Source of the DNA: Candidatus Pacearchaeota archaeon
GTDB taxonomy: Archaea > Nanobdellota > Nanobdellia > Pacearchaeales > UBA284
Direction of reading: 5' to 3'
Assembly (NCBI GenBank): GCA_026016245.1
Contig: CP061211.1
Location: forward strand, 210,001-242,000
Length of the DNA: 32,000 bases
The position numbers were made by a program, and so were the translations under genes. Numbering within the stretch: position 1 is the first letter of the stretch; each line of letters begins with the position of its first letter. Below the pieces are notes generated by a model, which saw only the letters and a program-made list of their open reading frames with translations, had not been told where the DNA came from and searched no databases. Below, piece after piece: positions 19,003 to 27,172 of the stretch.

Positions 19003-21614
19003 AAATATACAAAGGTTTATTTTTAGTTTGTATTTTAATCATTCTAATTTCTCTTGCTTATGCTTTACAATGGCAAACTTCAACTCAGTCAGATTTCGAT
19101 GAAGGGATTTATGAAGACACCTATTATAACACGAGTTTAGGAGCAGTTGTTTTAAATTCAACAACTAATGGGGGATATATGAGTAAGGTTTTTGATGCTG
19201 GCTCTGATTCAAGATGGGGTAACATAAGGTGGGTAGAAGGATTATCTTATGGAGAAGAACTACAAAACATGACTGAGAATGAATTATTATTTCATCTTAA
19301 CAATGAATCTGCTTTTGGAGAGAATGACACGAATGTTTTTGATTTTAGTTATAATGATAATAATGGAACATGGATGGGTAATGCTAAAGCAGAAGTGGAT
19401 GGAAAATTTGGAAAAGCGGGAAATTTTTCTGGAACCAATGACGATTATCTGAAAGTTTCAGATAGCAATAGTTTAGATATTGAAGAAACACTAAGTATAG
19501 AATTCTGGGTTCATTTCAATGCCATAACAACATCTGATTCAATAATTTATAAAAATCAAGCATACAGAGTTAGGCTACCAGGTTCAAACCCTGACAGGAT
19601 TCAGGTCTCATTCCATAGAGGGGTATGGAAAGATGTAAATTCTGATGATGCTGCAATCACGCAAGGAAAATGGCATCATGTTGTATGCACTATCAATGTT
19701 TCTGAACCTGAGCAAGTTCATATTTATGTTGATGGAGTAGAGGTTGGATATAAGAGTGGAATTTTGGGAAGTGGAAACATTTCAATCTCTGATAAGGATT
19801 TACATATCGGATGCAATCATAATGAAGGAAATTGTTTAAATGGTTATTTAGATGAAATAGTAATATACAATAGAATTTTATCATCAGAAGAAATTTTAGA
19901 ACACTATAAGATGGGAGCTCTAAAATTAAATCCAAAAGTAAGAAGCTGCGATGATTTAAATTGCAATGGAGAAAAGTTTATAGTGGTGGATGATAATTCT
20001 CCTCAAAACTTAACTGTTCTAGATAACCGATACTTCCAGTACAAATTTGACTTTGAAACTGATGAAACAGAGTACAGTCCAGAACTTTACAATGTGACAA
20101 TTGACTACACAATTCTGAACTCTGCTCCTGACACTCCTATCTTAAATTCTCCTCAGAATAACTCAAACATCTCTGTGAATTATACTTTGCTAAATACAAC
20201 AGTAACTGACCCTGATGGAAATAACATGACTGTTTGGTTTTTTGGAGACAGCGATTTAATTAATACAATTGAAAATGTTGTTAATAATTCCATTGTTATA
20301 TACAACTGGACAAATCTAGAAAATAATCTGCATAACTGGAGTATTATTGCCGGAAATGGAATTGCTAACACTTCCTCAGATACTTTATTTTTTACAATTG
20401 ACACAGCTGATAAAACACCGCCGACAATAACTGACATAACCCCCAATGATATAACAAATGGAGAAGCAACAATAACATGGATGACTAATGAGGTAAGTAA
20501 TTCAAGTGTAAACTATGGAGAGGCAGAGAATTTAGGTTCTGTAGAAGGAAGCATTTCTCTTGTGTTAAGTCACTCAGTTACTCTTACTAGTCTCGAAACT
20601 TTAACGTTGTATTATTATAATGTAACTTCTTGTGATGCTGTAGGAAATTGTAACACTACTGGCCTATTTAACTTTACAACAATAAATGCTCCTCCAAGAG
20701 GCGGAGATGGAGGCGGAGCTACTCCACCAGGTCCTATATGTGGTGATGGTATTTGTGATAGTGAGGCAGGAGAGAGTTGGAAAACTTGTCTTCAAGACTG
20801 CCCACCTCCAAAAGTAGAAGAAGAAATTGAATATACAATCTGTGATATTACTGTTTCTTTAAATCAAATATATATAGGAACATGCAGAGCATTAGAAGAA
20901 AACGAAAGAATCTATTTTGTGTATAAAGAAACAGAGCATTACATTATTGTTGACAGTATAAGTGCAGATAATGTTTATATAAGCATATATAGTCTGCCTC
21001 AGTATGCTACATTGCTAGTGGATGAAACTAAAGAATTTAACTTGGATGATGATGGAATAACAGACATAAGAGTTAATCTTGATGAACTTAATTATGAAAA
21101 GCAAGAAGTTTCAATAACTGTTGAAATTATACAAAGATGTGATTGTCCTGAATGTAGTCTTTGGTCTGAGTGCAAGGAAGGAAAACAAATAAGAACTTGT
21201 TATAAATGTAATGAGGAGACAAATTTTGTTCGTGTAGCTTATGAAGAAAACAGAGATTGTAAAAAGTCAGTCTTTCTGATTGGCGCAGTAATATTACAAA
21301 ACTTACACATTGATGAATATAATTGGTGGATGGTCTTAAGAAACGCCTTAGTAATTTTAGTAGCTATATTATTTGTTTTTAAGACATGGCCAAAAAAAGA
21401 GTCAGAATCATCAGTAAAGATTAAAAAAACAAGGGAAGAGGAGGAAGAAGAAATTTTCAAGGCAGCTAGGAAGGCAATAAAAGATATGAAAAAGATTGAA
21501 CCTGCTATTCCTCTTAATGCAGAAGATGAAAAAGTCATTACAGAAGTAAGAAAAAATGAAAGAAAATCAAGAGATGACTTATTAAAAGAACTAAGAAAAG
21601 CATATGAACAATAA
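18999..21614 (+). CDS. Large surface protein: LamG/concanavalin-like domain, Fn3-like domains, one Cys-rich repeat, C-terminal TM anchor
   Basis: Signal peptide after MKIYKGLFLVCILIILISLAYA; LamG hallmarks TIEFWVHF...WHHVVCTINVSEPEQVHIYVDG...LYLDE-like GYLDEIVIYNRILSSEEI; Fn3 PTITDITPNDITNGEATITWMTNE; CGDGICDSEAGESWKTCLQDC; TM near the C-terminus. The listed ORF start at 18981 is GTG; ATG at 18999 is preferred. Confidence 0.8.
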   Translation: MKIYKGLFLVCILIILISLAYALQWQTSTQSDFDEGIYEDTYYNTSLGAVVLNSTTNGGYMSKVFDAGSDSRWGNIRWVEGLSYGEELQNMTENELLFHLNNESAFGENDTNVFDFSYNDNNGTWMGNAKAEVDGKFGKAGNFSGTNDDYLKVSDSNSLDIEETLSIEFWVHFNAITTSDSIIYKNQAYRVRLPGSNPDRIQVSFHRGVWKDVNSDDAAITQGKWHHVVCTINVSEPEQVHIYVDGVEVGYKSGILGSGNISISDKDLHIGCNHNEGNCLNGYLDEIVIYNRILSSEEILEHYKMGALKLNPKVRSCDDLNCNGEKFIVVDDNSPQNLTVLDNRYFQYKFDFETDETEYSPELYNVTIDYTILNSAPDTPILNSPQNNSNISVNYTLLNTTVTDPDGNNMTVWFFGDSDLINTIENVVNNSIVIYNWTNLENNLHNWSIIAGNGIANTSSDTLFFTIDTADKTPPTITDITPNDITNGEATITWMTNEVSNSSVNYGEAENLGSVEGSISLVLSHSVTLTSLETLTLYYYNVTSCDAVGNCNTTGLFNFTTINAPPRGGDGGGATPPGPICGDGICDSEAGESWKTCLQDCPPPKVEEEIEYTICDITVSLNQIYIGTCRALEENERIYFVYKETEHYIIVDSISADNVYISIYSLPQYATLLVDETKEFNLDDDGITDIRVNLDELNYEKQEVSITVEIIQRCDCPECSLWSECKEGKQIRTCYKCNEETNFVRVAYEENRDCKKSVFLIGAVILQNLHIDEYNWWMVLRNALVILVAILFVFKTWPKKESESSVKIKKTREEEEEEIFKAARKAIKDMKKIEPAIPLNAEDEKVITEVRKNERKSRDDLLKELRKAYEQ

Positions 21615-21677
21615 TAACGATAAATTTAAATATTTAAATTAAATTTAGAATAATAAGAAACAAGAAAAAGAGATAAA

Positions 21678-22499
21678 ATGGGTGAATCAATAGGGATTTT
21701 ATCAATAAAAGGTGGTGTTGGCAAAACAACAACAACAGTTTCTTTAGGAGCTGCGATTGCTCAACAAGGTAAGAATGTCTTGCTTATAGATGGAAATTTT
21801 TCTGCTCCAAATCTAGGATTACATTTAGGTATAGTACAGCCAGAAGTTTCTTTGTATGATGTTCTAAAAGGAAAAGCAAATGCTCTTGGCGCTATTCAGG
21901 AAACTGATTATGGATTTGATATTATTGGCGGCAGATTAAATATGAAAAAAATATTTTATCCAGACTACTTGAAACTAAAGCAGAAAATTCAACATCTCAA
22001 ATATCATTATGATGTTATATTAATAGATAGTTCTCCTACATTGGACCATGAAACTCTTGCAGCAATGATGGCTTCTGATAAACTTTTAATTGTAACAACC
22101 CCTGATCATGCTACACTAAGCTGTACTTTACACGCAGTTAAGGTGGCTAAGAAAAAGAAAGTTCCAATAGCAGGAATAATTCTGAACAGGGTTTATGGTA
22201 AAAAATTTGAACTTAGTCTTGAACAGATAGAAAAGATGACAGGAGTTCCAGTTTTAGCAGTCATCCCACATGATGTAAATATTCTTGAAGCTTTGTCAGA
22301 ATTAAAGCCTAGCACATTTGAGAGTAAAGAGACAGATGCTGTTGTGGAATATAAGAAACTAGCTGCTTTCTTAATCGGAGAAAGTTACGAAGATAAGAGA
22401 TTCAGCACAAAACTTAAAAATTTGTTCTCAAGTAAAGTGCCAAAACAAGAAGTAAACAGACAAGTAGAACATAAAAAACATAGAATTAAGCATAAGTAA
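21678..22499 (+). CDS. MinD/ParA-family ATPase
   Basis: Deviant Walker A SIKGGVGKTTTTVSLGAAIAQQGKNVLLIDGNFSAPNLGLHLG; VILIDSSPTLDHETLAAM. Confidence 0.88.
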   Translation: MGESIGILSIKGGVGKTTTTVSLGAAIAQQGKNVLLIDGNFSAPNLGLHLGIVQPEVSLYDVLKGKANALGAIQETDYGFDIIGGRLNMKKIFYPDYLKLKQKIQHLKYHYDVILIDSSPTLDHETLAAMMASDKLLIVTTPDHATLSCTLHAVKVAKKKKVPIAGIILNRVYGKKFELSLEQIEKMTGVPVLAVIPHDVNILEALSELKPSTFESKETDAVVEYKKLAAFLIGESYEDKRFSTKLKNLFSSKVPKQEVNRQVEHKKHRIKHK

Positions 22500-22883
22500 C
22501 TATAAAAAACCAGCTGACTTGAGATGCTTATCTAATTCTTTTTGTGAGATAAAATCTGGAAAGATCAAATATTCATAGATTGCATCTTCTATTTCCTCTA
22601 TGTTTGGATTATTAGGATCTATTTCTTGTAAAACACCATAAGCAGTAGTTATATTGTCTATAGCCATACTTAATTTAGAATTATATTGGAGTTCTATTTT
22701 TATAATTCTAAAATTCTTCACTCTTTCTCCATATTTTTTCTTAATTTCCTCTTGTTTTTTTCTTATGTAATTAGAATCTATATAATCAAAAGAGATAGTA
22801 GAAAGAGCTTCATCTAAGTCATCTGATAATTCCTGTAAAAAATTAAGATCATCAGATGCTAAAACTTCCAACACATTTGCCAT
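22500..22883 (-). CDS. Hypothetical helical protein
   Basis: 127-aa ORF, directly convergent with the MinD gene. Confidence 0.6.
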   Translation of the reverse strand: MANVLEVLASDDLNFLQELSDDLDEALSTISFDYIDSNYIRKKQEEIKKKYGERVKNFRIIKIELQYNSKLSMAIDNITTAYGVLQEIDPNNPNIEEIEDAIYEYLIFPDFISQKELDKHLKSAGFL

Positions 22884-22934
22884 ACATTTTACTGGACAGT
22901 GAAATTTATAAGAATTATTATACTAAAAAATACA

Positions 22935-23052
22935 AGCCGCGGATGGGAGTTGAACCCACAACCCCCGCTTGTCACGAATCAAAGATTCCTGAGCAAATTC
23001 AGGAAACCTAAATTTTACGAAAGCGGTGCTCTACCAGTTGAGCTACCGCGGC
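22935..23052 (-). tRNA. tRNA-Thr(CGU) with a predicted 45-nt intron (22971..23015) at position 37/38
   Basis: Minus strand GCCGCGG-TA-GCTC..GAGC-A-CCGCT-TTCGTA[intron]A-AGCGG-GGGTT-GTGGG-TTCAACT-CCCAT-CCGCGGC-T. The intron contains a TTCCTGA/TCAGGAA hairpin. Confidence 0.88.
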
Positions 23053-23078
23053 ACAAAGAATAGAGGTAGAAGTAGTTT

Positions 23079-23849
23079 TTATTTTTTCTCTTTCGTTCTT
23101 CTCATCATCCTAAGTTTTTTTGCAATCAATTCTTTAATTTTTTCTTTATCTTCCTTTACTTTCTTTTTTTTCTCTGTTTCTTCCCCAAACTCATAAAAAT
23201 CATTAGAATTCAGTTTCTTTTTAATTCCCTTCTTTTGGAGATAGAGTTTTGTTATTATGTAAAAAATAAGACCAATACTTTTCGGTGCCTTATTATTGCA
23301 GGGAACTACAAGATCTATATTATCTATAATATTATTAGTGTCACATAAAGCAACAATTGGGATATGTACTTTAACAGCATCCCTAATAATATTCTTGTCC
23401 AGCCAAGGATCTATGACAAAAACAACATTTGGTTCGTAAAAGTTTTCAAGATCAGGATTTGTAATCATGCCAGGAGGATATTTTTCAAAGATTTTTGTGC
23501 CAGTAGCTTTGCCAAATGCCCTTAAAGCTTTATGGCCAGCATCTCTCTTGCAACATACAAGAGTTTTCTCAGGTTCAAATTGTGCAAGAAAATTAGCAGC
23601 TAGAGCAATCTTCTCATCAATCTTTCTTGTGTTCAGAACAGCGATTCCATCTGCCTTCCTACGATAAACATACTCGCGCATGCCTGGTGTGACAGCCCTG
23701 GTTCCAAGATGAACAGCTGCTTTAATATAATCTTCAAGAGGAACTAACATCTCTTCTTTTTCTTTTGTTTCTTTCTTTTTCTCTTTTTCCTTGTCTTCTA
23801 CTTTTTCTTTCTTTTCCTCTATTTTCTCTTCTTTCTTTTTCCTTGGCAT
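23079..23849 (-). CDS. rps2: 30S ribosomal protein S2
   Basis: LEDYIKAAVHLGTRAVTPGMREYVYRRKADGIAVLNTRKID...PNVVFVIDPWLDKNIIRDAVKVHIPIVALCDTNN...IDLVVPCNNKAPKSIGLIFY. Confidence 0.93.
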   Translation of the reverse strand: MPRKKKEEKIEEKKEKVEDKEKEKKKETKEKEEMLVPLEDYIKAAVHLGTRAVTPGMREYVYRRKADGIAVLNTRKIDEKIALAANFLAQFEPEKTLVCCKRDAGHKALRAFGKATGTKIFEKYPPGMITNPDLENFYEPNVVFVIDPWLDKNIIRDAVKVHIPIVALCDTNNIIDNIDLVVPCNNKAPKSIGLIFYIITKLYLQKKGIKKKLNSNDFYEFGEETEKKKKVKEDKEKIKELIAKKLRMMRRTKEKK

Positions 23850-23890
23850 TTTATTCTAAGCTAAAATGAATTTAAAAATCTTGTGAAGAA

Positions 23891-23935
23891 CGCCGGGACT
23901 GAGCCCTCAGCCAGAGTTTCAACGCAGACAGGAAT
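23891..23935 (-). pseudogene. Candidate decayed copy of a tRNA-Ser 3' portion / possible att remnant
   Basis: Minus strand TCTGG-N9-CAGTCCCGGCGT against tRNA-Ser(GCU) TCTGG-N10-CAGTCCCGGCGT. The sequence is a GC-rich island in AT-rich surroundings. Confidence 0.35.
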
Positions 23936-24014
23936 TTATATATTTTGTGTTTTATTTTGTATATTTATTCTCTTTTTAAACATACTTCTTCAGCTTCTTC
24001 AATCCAGGAATACA

Positions 24015-24776
24015 TCATTCCCCTAAAATATTCAAAATGGGTTGGGAAATTAAGCCCCGAGTTATGAGATCTCCTTCTCTAAATATTCTTTTTGCTTCTT
24101 TTAATTCTTGTTGAATATAACTTTTTTCTAATATAGGCTCTCCAGTTACTTTATAATAATCATCAATTACCTCAATTCCCTTAACTCTGTTTACATATGT
24201 TTTAGGAACATACAAAAATCCTTGTTTTACATCATCCTGGAAATCAGTCATATCATCACCCATTTTTGCACCCAAAGTATATTTCCTACTTATCTTTTCT
24301 AAGATATCAAAATCTAGTTTTGGAAATAAAAGGACTGTCTCTATTGTGAATATTGGATGTTCTCCTTTTCTTAATCTCTTAATTTTATTTGCATCTATTA
24401 CTTGATACCTTCTTTTAGCATTATTTATTGAATTTTGAAAATGTTCTCTCAAAAGATTATAAATTCTAACTATTCTTTCTTCTGAAGGTAATTTATCTAC
24501 TGTATCCAGAAAATTATATAATCTTTTTTTATGCTCAAAATTTACTTTTTTACCTTTCAAGACTTCTAAAATATCCTCAAGAATAGAATCAGGAAGTTTT
24601 TGACTATCAACATTTCTATCAAAAAAGATAATTACATTATTTAGACCCATGAAGATGGTTCTCTCTGGTTCTGATAAAGTCCTTACTATCTTTTCTATAA
24701 GGCCCTTTCTCTTAGATTGCATGTATGATGTATCTTCAAAGTTTTTTGGAACCTTTCTTTCTGAGTAATGTATCAT
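24015..24776 (-). CDS. Possible squalene/phytoene-synthase-like (trans-isoprenyl diphosphate synthase superfamily) protein
   Basis: LGAKMGDDMTDFQDDVKQGFLYVPK resembles the second Asp-rich motif plus G-ylP of HH-prenyl synthases; FFDRNVD may be the first DxxxD. Confidence 0.4.
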   Translation of the reverse strand: MIHYSERKVPKNFEDTSYMQSKRKGLIEKIVRTLSEPERTIFMGLNNVIIFFDRNVDSQKLPDSILEDILEVLKGKKVNFEHKKRLYNFLDTVDKLPSEERIVRIYNLLREHFQNSINNAKRRYQVIDANKIKRLRKGEHPIFTIETVLLFPKLDFDILEKISRKYTLGAKMGDDMTDFQDDVKQGFLYVPKTYVNRVKGIEVIDDYYKVTGEPILEKSYIQQELKEAKRIFREGDLITRGLISQPILNILGE

Positions 24777-26073
24777 AAATTCCTCCTACTAAATATCCGA
24801 TGAGTGTTAAAACTATCGCTTTTATTATTAAAAATTGATCTATCCCAAAAAAAGCAAAGATTGTTGTTCCAACTAATCCCAAAATCAATCCAAATTTTAA
24901 CCCTTTTTTATTACCTTTAATAAAAGAAAAACAAATCACACTAGCGATTATAGAAGCATAAGCGGCAACAAAAAACATAGATTCAGTTAAAGTTTTTAAA
25001 AATAATGAAAGCACCAGAGTAACTGTGGAAAGTAATAATATTATTATTCTCATTTTCTTTACAGAAAATAGTTTCCTTGGTAAAAAATCCCTAGATAAAA
25101 TAGCCGCATTAGTAAACAGATAAGTATCTGCTGAGGACATAATAGCAGCAAATAAAGCTATTATGCCAATTCCAAAAATTCCACTTGGAAGCATCTGGAT
25201 ACCTCTTAAAAGGATTACCTCTTGGTCAGTATACAAAGGAAGAACAGCTCTTAATTGAATCCCAATTAACATTATTATCCCAGCAATAAGAATAAAAAGA
25301 AATGCTGCCAAATAAAAACTTTTTTTTAAGGTTTTAATATCCTTAGCCGCATAAACTCTCTGCCAAAGTTCTGTAGAACCTAGGGGAGTAACTATCCCTA
25401 TTAATAAAAAACCTATAATCATACCTATATTAAGACTCTGAAATTCATAGTTTGCCAATGCCGGAAGATTTGAAAAAAAGAATATAGCAAGAATAGGAAA
25501 TATGATAAGCATACAGATTATTTGAACAAGATCTGTATCTACAACAGATTTGAAGCCACCAAGAGAGATATAAATAGTTACAGGCACTAATAAAATAATT
25601 ATTCCTAAGAAATAGGGGATCCCCAATACATCTTGAGCTACTTTCGCCCCACCAATAGTTTGCATAAGAAAAAGAGCAATCATTATAATTAAAGAACAAA
25701 TTGCTGCAAGATATCCTATACTTTTTCCATAATTGGATTTAAAATAATCAGCAAGAGTATAAAACTTTTCTTTATCTGCCTGTTTTTTAAGTTTAATAGC
25801 AAATAATAAAAATACTAAAACTCCGACTACAGCTCCAACAATAAAAAATAGTGATTGAAAGCCATAAATAAAAGCAAAGGCAGTCATAACTAAAACTATA
25901 CCACTTCCAAATTTACTTGAAGTTATTGAAGAAGAGTTTAAGAAAAAATTAAGTTTTCTTCCTGCAATCAAGAATGCTTCTTTTGTTTCTTTAAAATAAG
26001 CTCTGATGCCTACTATAAAAACTAAAATAAAATAGGCTATAATAAAAATAATATCTAGTGCTTCAAAAGCCAT
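24736..26073 (-). CDS. Sodium:solute symporter (SSS) family transporter
   Basis: Multi-TM; FLIAGRKLNFFLNSSSITSSKFGSG, YISLGGFKSVVDTDLVQ, GIGIIALFAAIMSSADTYLFTNAAILSRDF are SSS hallmarks. Confidence 0.85.
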   Translation of the reverse strand: MAFEALDIIFIIAYFILVFIVGIRAYFKETKEAFLIAGRKLNFFLNSSSITSSKFGSGIVLVMTAFAFIYGFQSLFFIVGAVVGVLVFLLFAIKLKKQADKEKFYTLADYFKSNYGKSIGYLAAICSLIIMIALFLMQTIGGAKVAQDVLGIPYFLGIIILLVPVTIYISLGGFKSVVDTDLVQIICMLIIFPILAIFFFSNLPALANYEFQSLNIGMIIGFLLIGIVTPLGSTELWQRVYAAKDIKTLKKSFYLAAFLFILIAGIIMLIGIQLRAVLPLYTDQEVILLRGIQMLPSGIFGIGIIALFAAIMSSADTYLFTNAAILSRDFLPRKLFSVKKMRIIILLLSTVTLVLSLFLKTLTESMFFVAAYASIIASVICFSFIKGNKKGLKFGLILGLVGTTIFAFFGIDQFLIIKAIVLTLIGYLVGGIYDTLLRKKGSKKL

Positions 26074-26209
26074 AAATAAAGTAAATTTAAGAGATATTTA
26101 ATTTTTGCTATTTTTCACCCAATTCTTTATAAAACCACAAAAATATCGACAAGGGTTCTTTGTTTTTTTCTATAGAAAGGATTAAAAATTGAAAGTCTTT
26201 TAAAAAGAT

Positions 26210-26464
26210 ATGTTTGAATTAATTTTTGATAAAAAAGCAGGTCAAGAACTTAAAAAACTTCCTAAAGAAATGAGAGAAAGAATATTCAAAAAGCTCATCC
26301 AGACAAAACAAGATCCATTTAGATATTTTGAATATCTAAAAGAAATAAAAGGATTTAAATTAAGAATAGGGAATTATAGAGTCATAGCAGACATTAATAG
26401 AAAAGAACAAAATATTAAAATTCTTAAAATAGGACATAGAAAGAATATTTATGAAAGATTATAG
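26210..26464 (+). CDS. RelE/ParE-superfamily toxin
   Basis: FELIFDKKAGQELKKLPKEMRERIFKKL...YLKEIKGFKLRIGNYRVIADINRKEQNIKILKIGHRKNIYERL. Confidence 0.85.
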   Translation: MFELIFDKKAGQELKKLPKEMRERIFKKLIQTKQDPFRYFEYLKEIKGFKLRIGNYRVIADINRKEQNIKILKIGHRKNIYERL

Positions 26465-26701
26465 ATTTAATCTTTTTCTCATTTCAGTTTCTGTATAAAA
26501 TTCACCTTTTTTTATTCTTGCTCTTGCTGCTTCTATTTCTTCTATTGTTTTTTTACTTAATTTAGGATTCTGTTTTATCATTTTAGCAATGAACACCAGT
26601 TTCTTTACAACTTCATTATAGCTTTCTCCTTTAACTTCCCTAAAACTATCTAATTCTTTCTTTGTTCCTTCATCTAATTTTATAGTTGTTTGATGTTGCA
26701 T
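26459..26701 (-). CDS. Putative cognate antitoxin (RHH/VapB-like small protein)
   Basis: TTIKLDEGTKKELDSFREVKGESYNEVVKKLV...ARARIKKGEFYTETEMRKRLNL; antitoxin pattern usually found next to RelE. Confidence 0.75.
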   Translation of the reverse strand: MQHQTTIKLDEGTKKELDSFREVKGESYNEVVKKLVFIAKMIKQNPKLSKKTIEEIEAARARIKKGEFYTETEMRKRLNL

Positions 26702-26784
26702 ACTATGGTATACTTAAGTATACTTTATAAATCTTTCTGTTCTTTATAGTTAGTTAGAAAGATGGCTCTGAAATTTTAGTTATA

Positions 26785-26866
26785 CGCCGGGACTGGGATT
26801 CGAACCCAGAAATCCTTGCGGAAACAAGGTTAGCAACCTTGCGCCTTACCATTGGGCCATCCCGGC
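26785..26866 (-). tRNA. tRNA-Ser(GCU)
   Basis: Minus strand GCCGGGA-TG-GCC..GGC-G-CAAGG-TTGCTAA-CCTTG-long variable arm-CTGGG-TTCGAAT-CCCAG-TCCCGGC-G; 82 nt class II fold. Confidence 0.93.
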
Positions 26867-26899
26867 ATATAATAAAGAAGAAATCAGAATTTTTAAACC

Positions 26900-27139
26900 T
26901 TATTTTCTCTTCTTTTTCTCAATCAATTTCTTTGCTCTTTCTAACATGTCCTTTTTCAAACCAATAAAACAACCACCTTCCTTACCAGCACAATAAGTTG
27001 CTTCCCCTGGTTTGATTATCTTTGCTATTTCTGGACTTTCTATATCAATATGTGTTATTCTTGCTCTTGCCTTGCCTTTTTCATGAATGTATACTTTTAC
27101 TTTTTTCAGAGTGTATTTACCTTCTGCTGGACCTGTCAT
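26900..27139 (-). CDS. Hypothetical small basic protein
   Basis: 79-aa ORF divergent from rtcA; TYCAGKEGGCFIGLKKDMLERAKKLIEKKKRK. Confidence 0.6.
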   Translation of the reverse strand: MTGPAEGKYTLKKVKVYIHEKGKARARITHIDIESPEIAKIIKPGEATYCAGKEGGCFIGLKKDMLERAKKLIEKKKRK

Positions 27140-27172
27140 AAAATTTTAAAGCATACAATGTTTAAAAATCAT

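Noticed and set aside
19693-21538. Minus-strand ORFs within the large surface protein gene
   Set aside because: Overlapped by a continuous 870-aa sense ORF with recognisable LamG/Fn3 domains.
23890-23935. Nanoarchaeum-style split tRNA half
   Set aside because: No GTTC T-loop or partner half visible; only the acceptor end and partial T-stem resemble tRNA-Ser, so a decayed copy fits better.
25445-25699. 84-aa minus-strand ORF with Cys/Tyr-rich translation inside the SSS transporter
   Set aside because: Alternate frame of a well-supported transporter gene; composition matches a frameshift of membrane-helix codons.
27050-27172. N-terminal extension of the rtcA ORF
   Set aside because: The extension overlaps the divergent 79-aa gene and is low complexity; RtcA homology begins at MKKEVIEIDGSFGTGGG.
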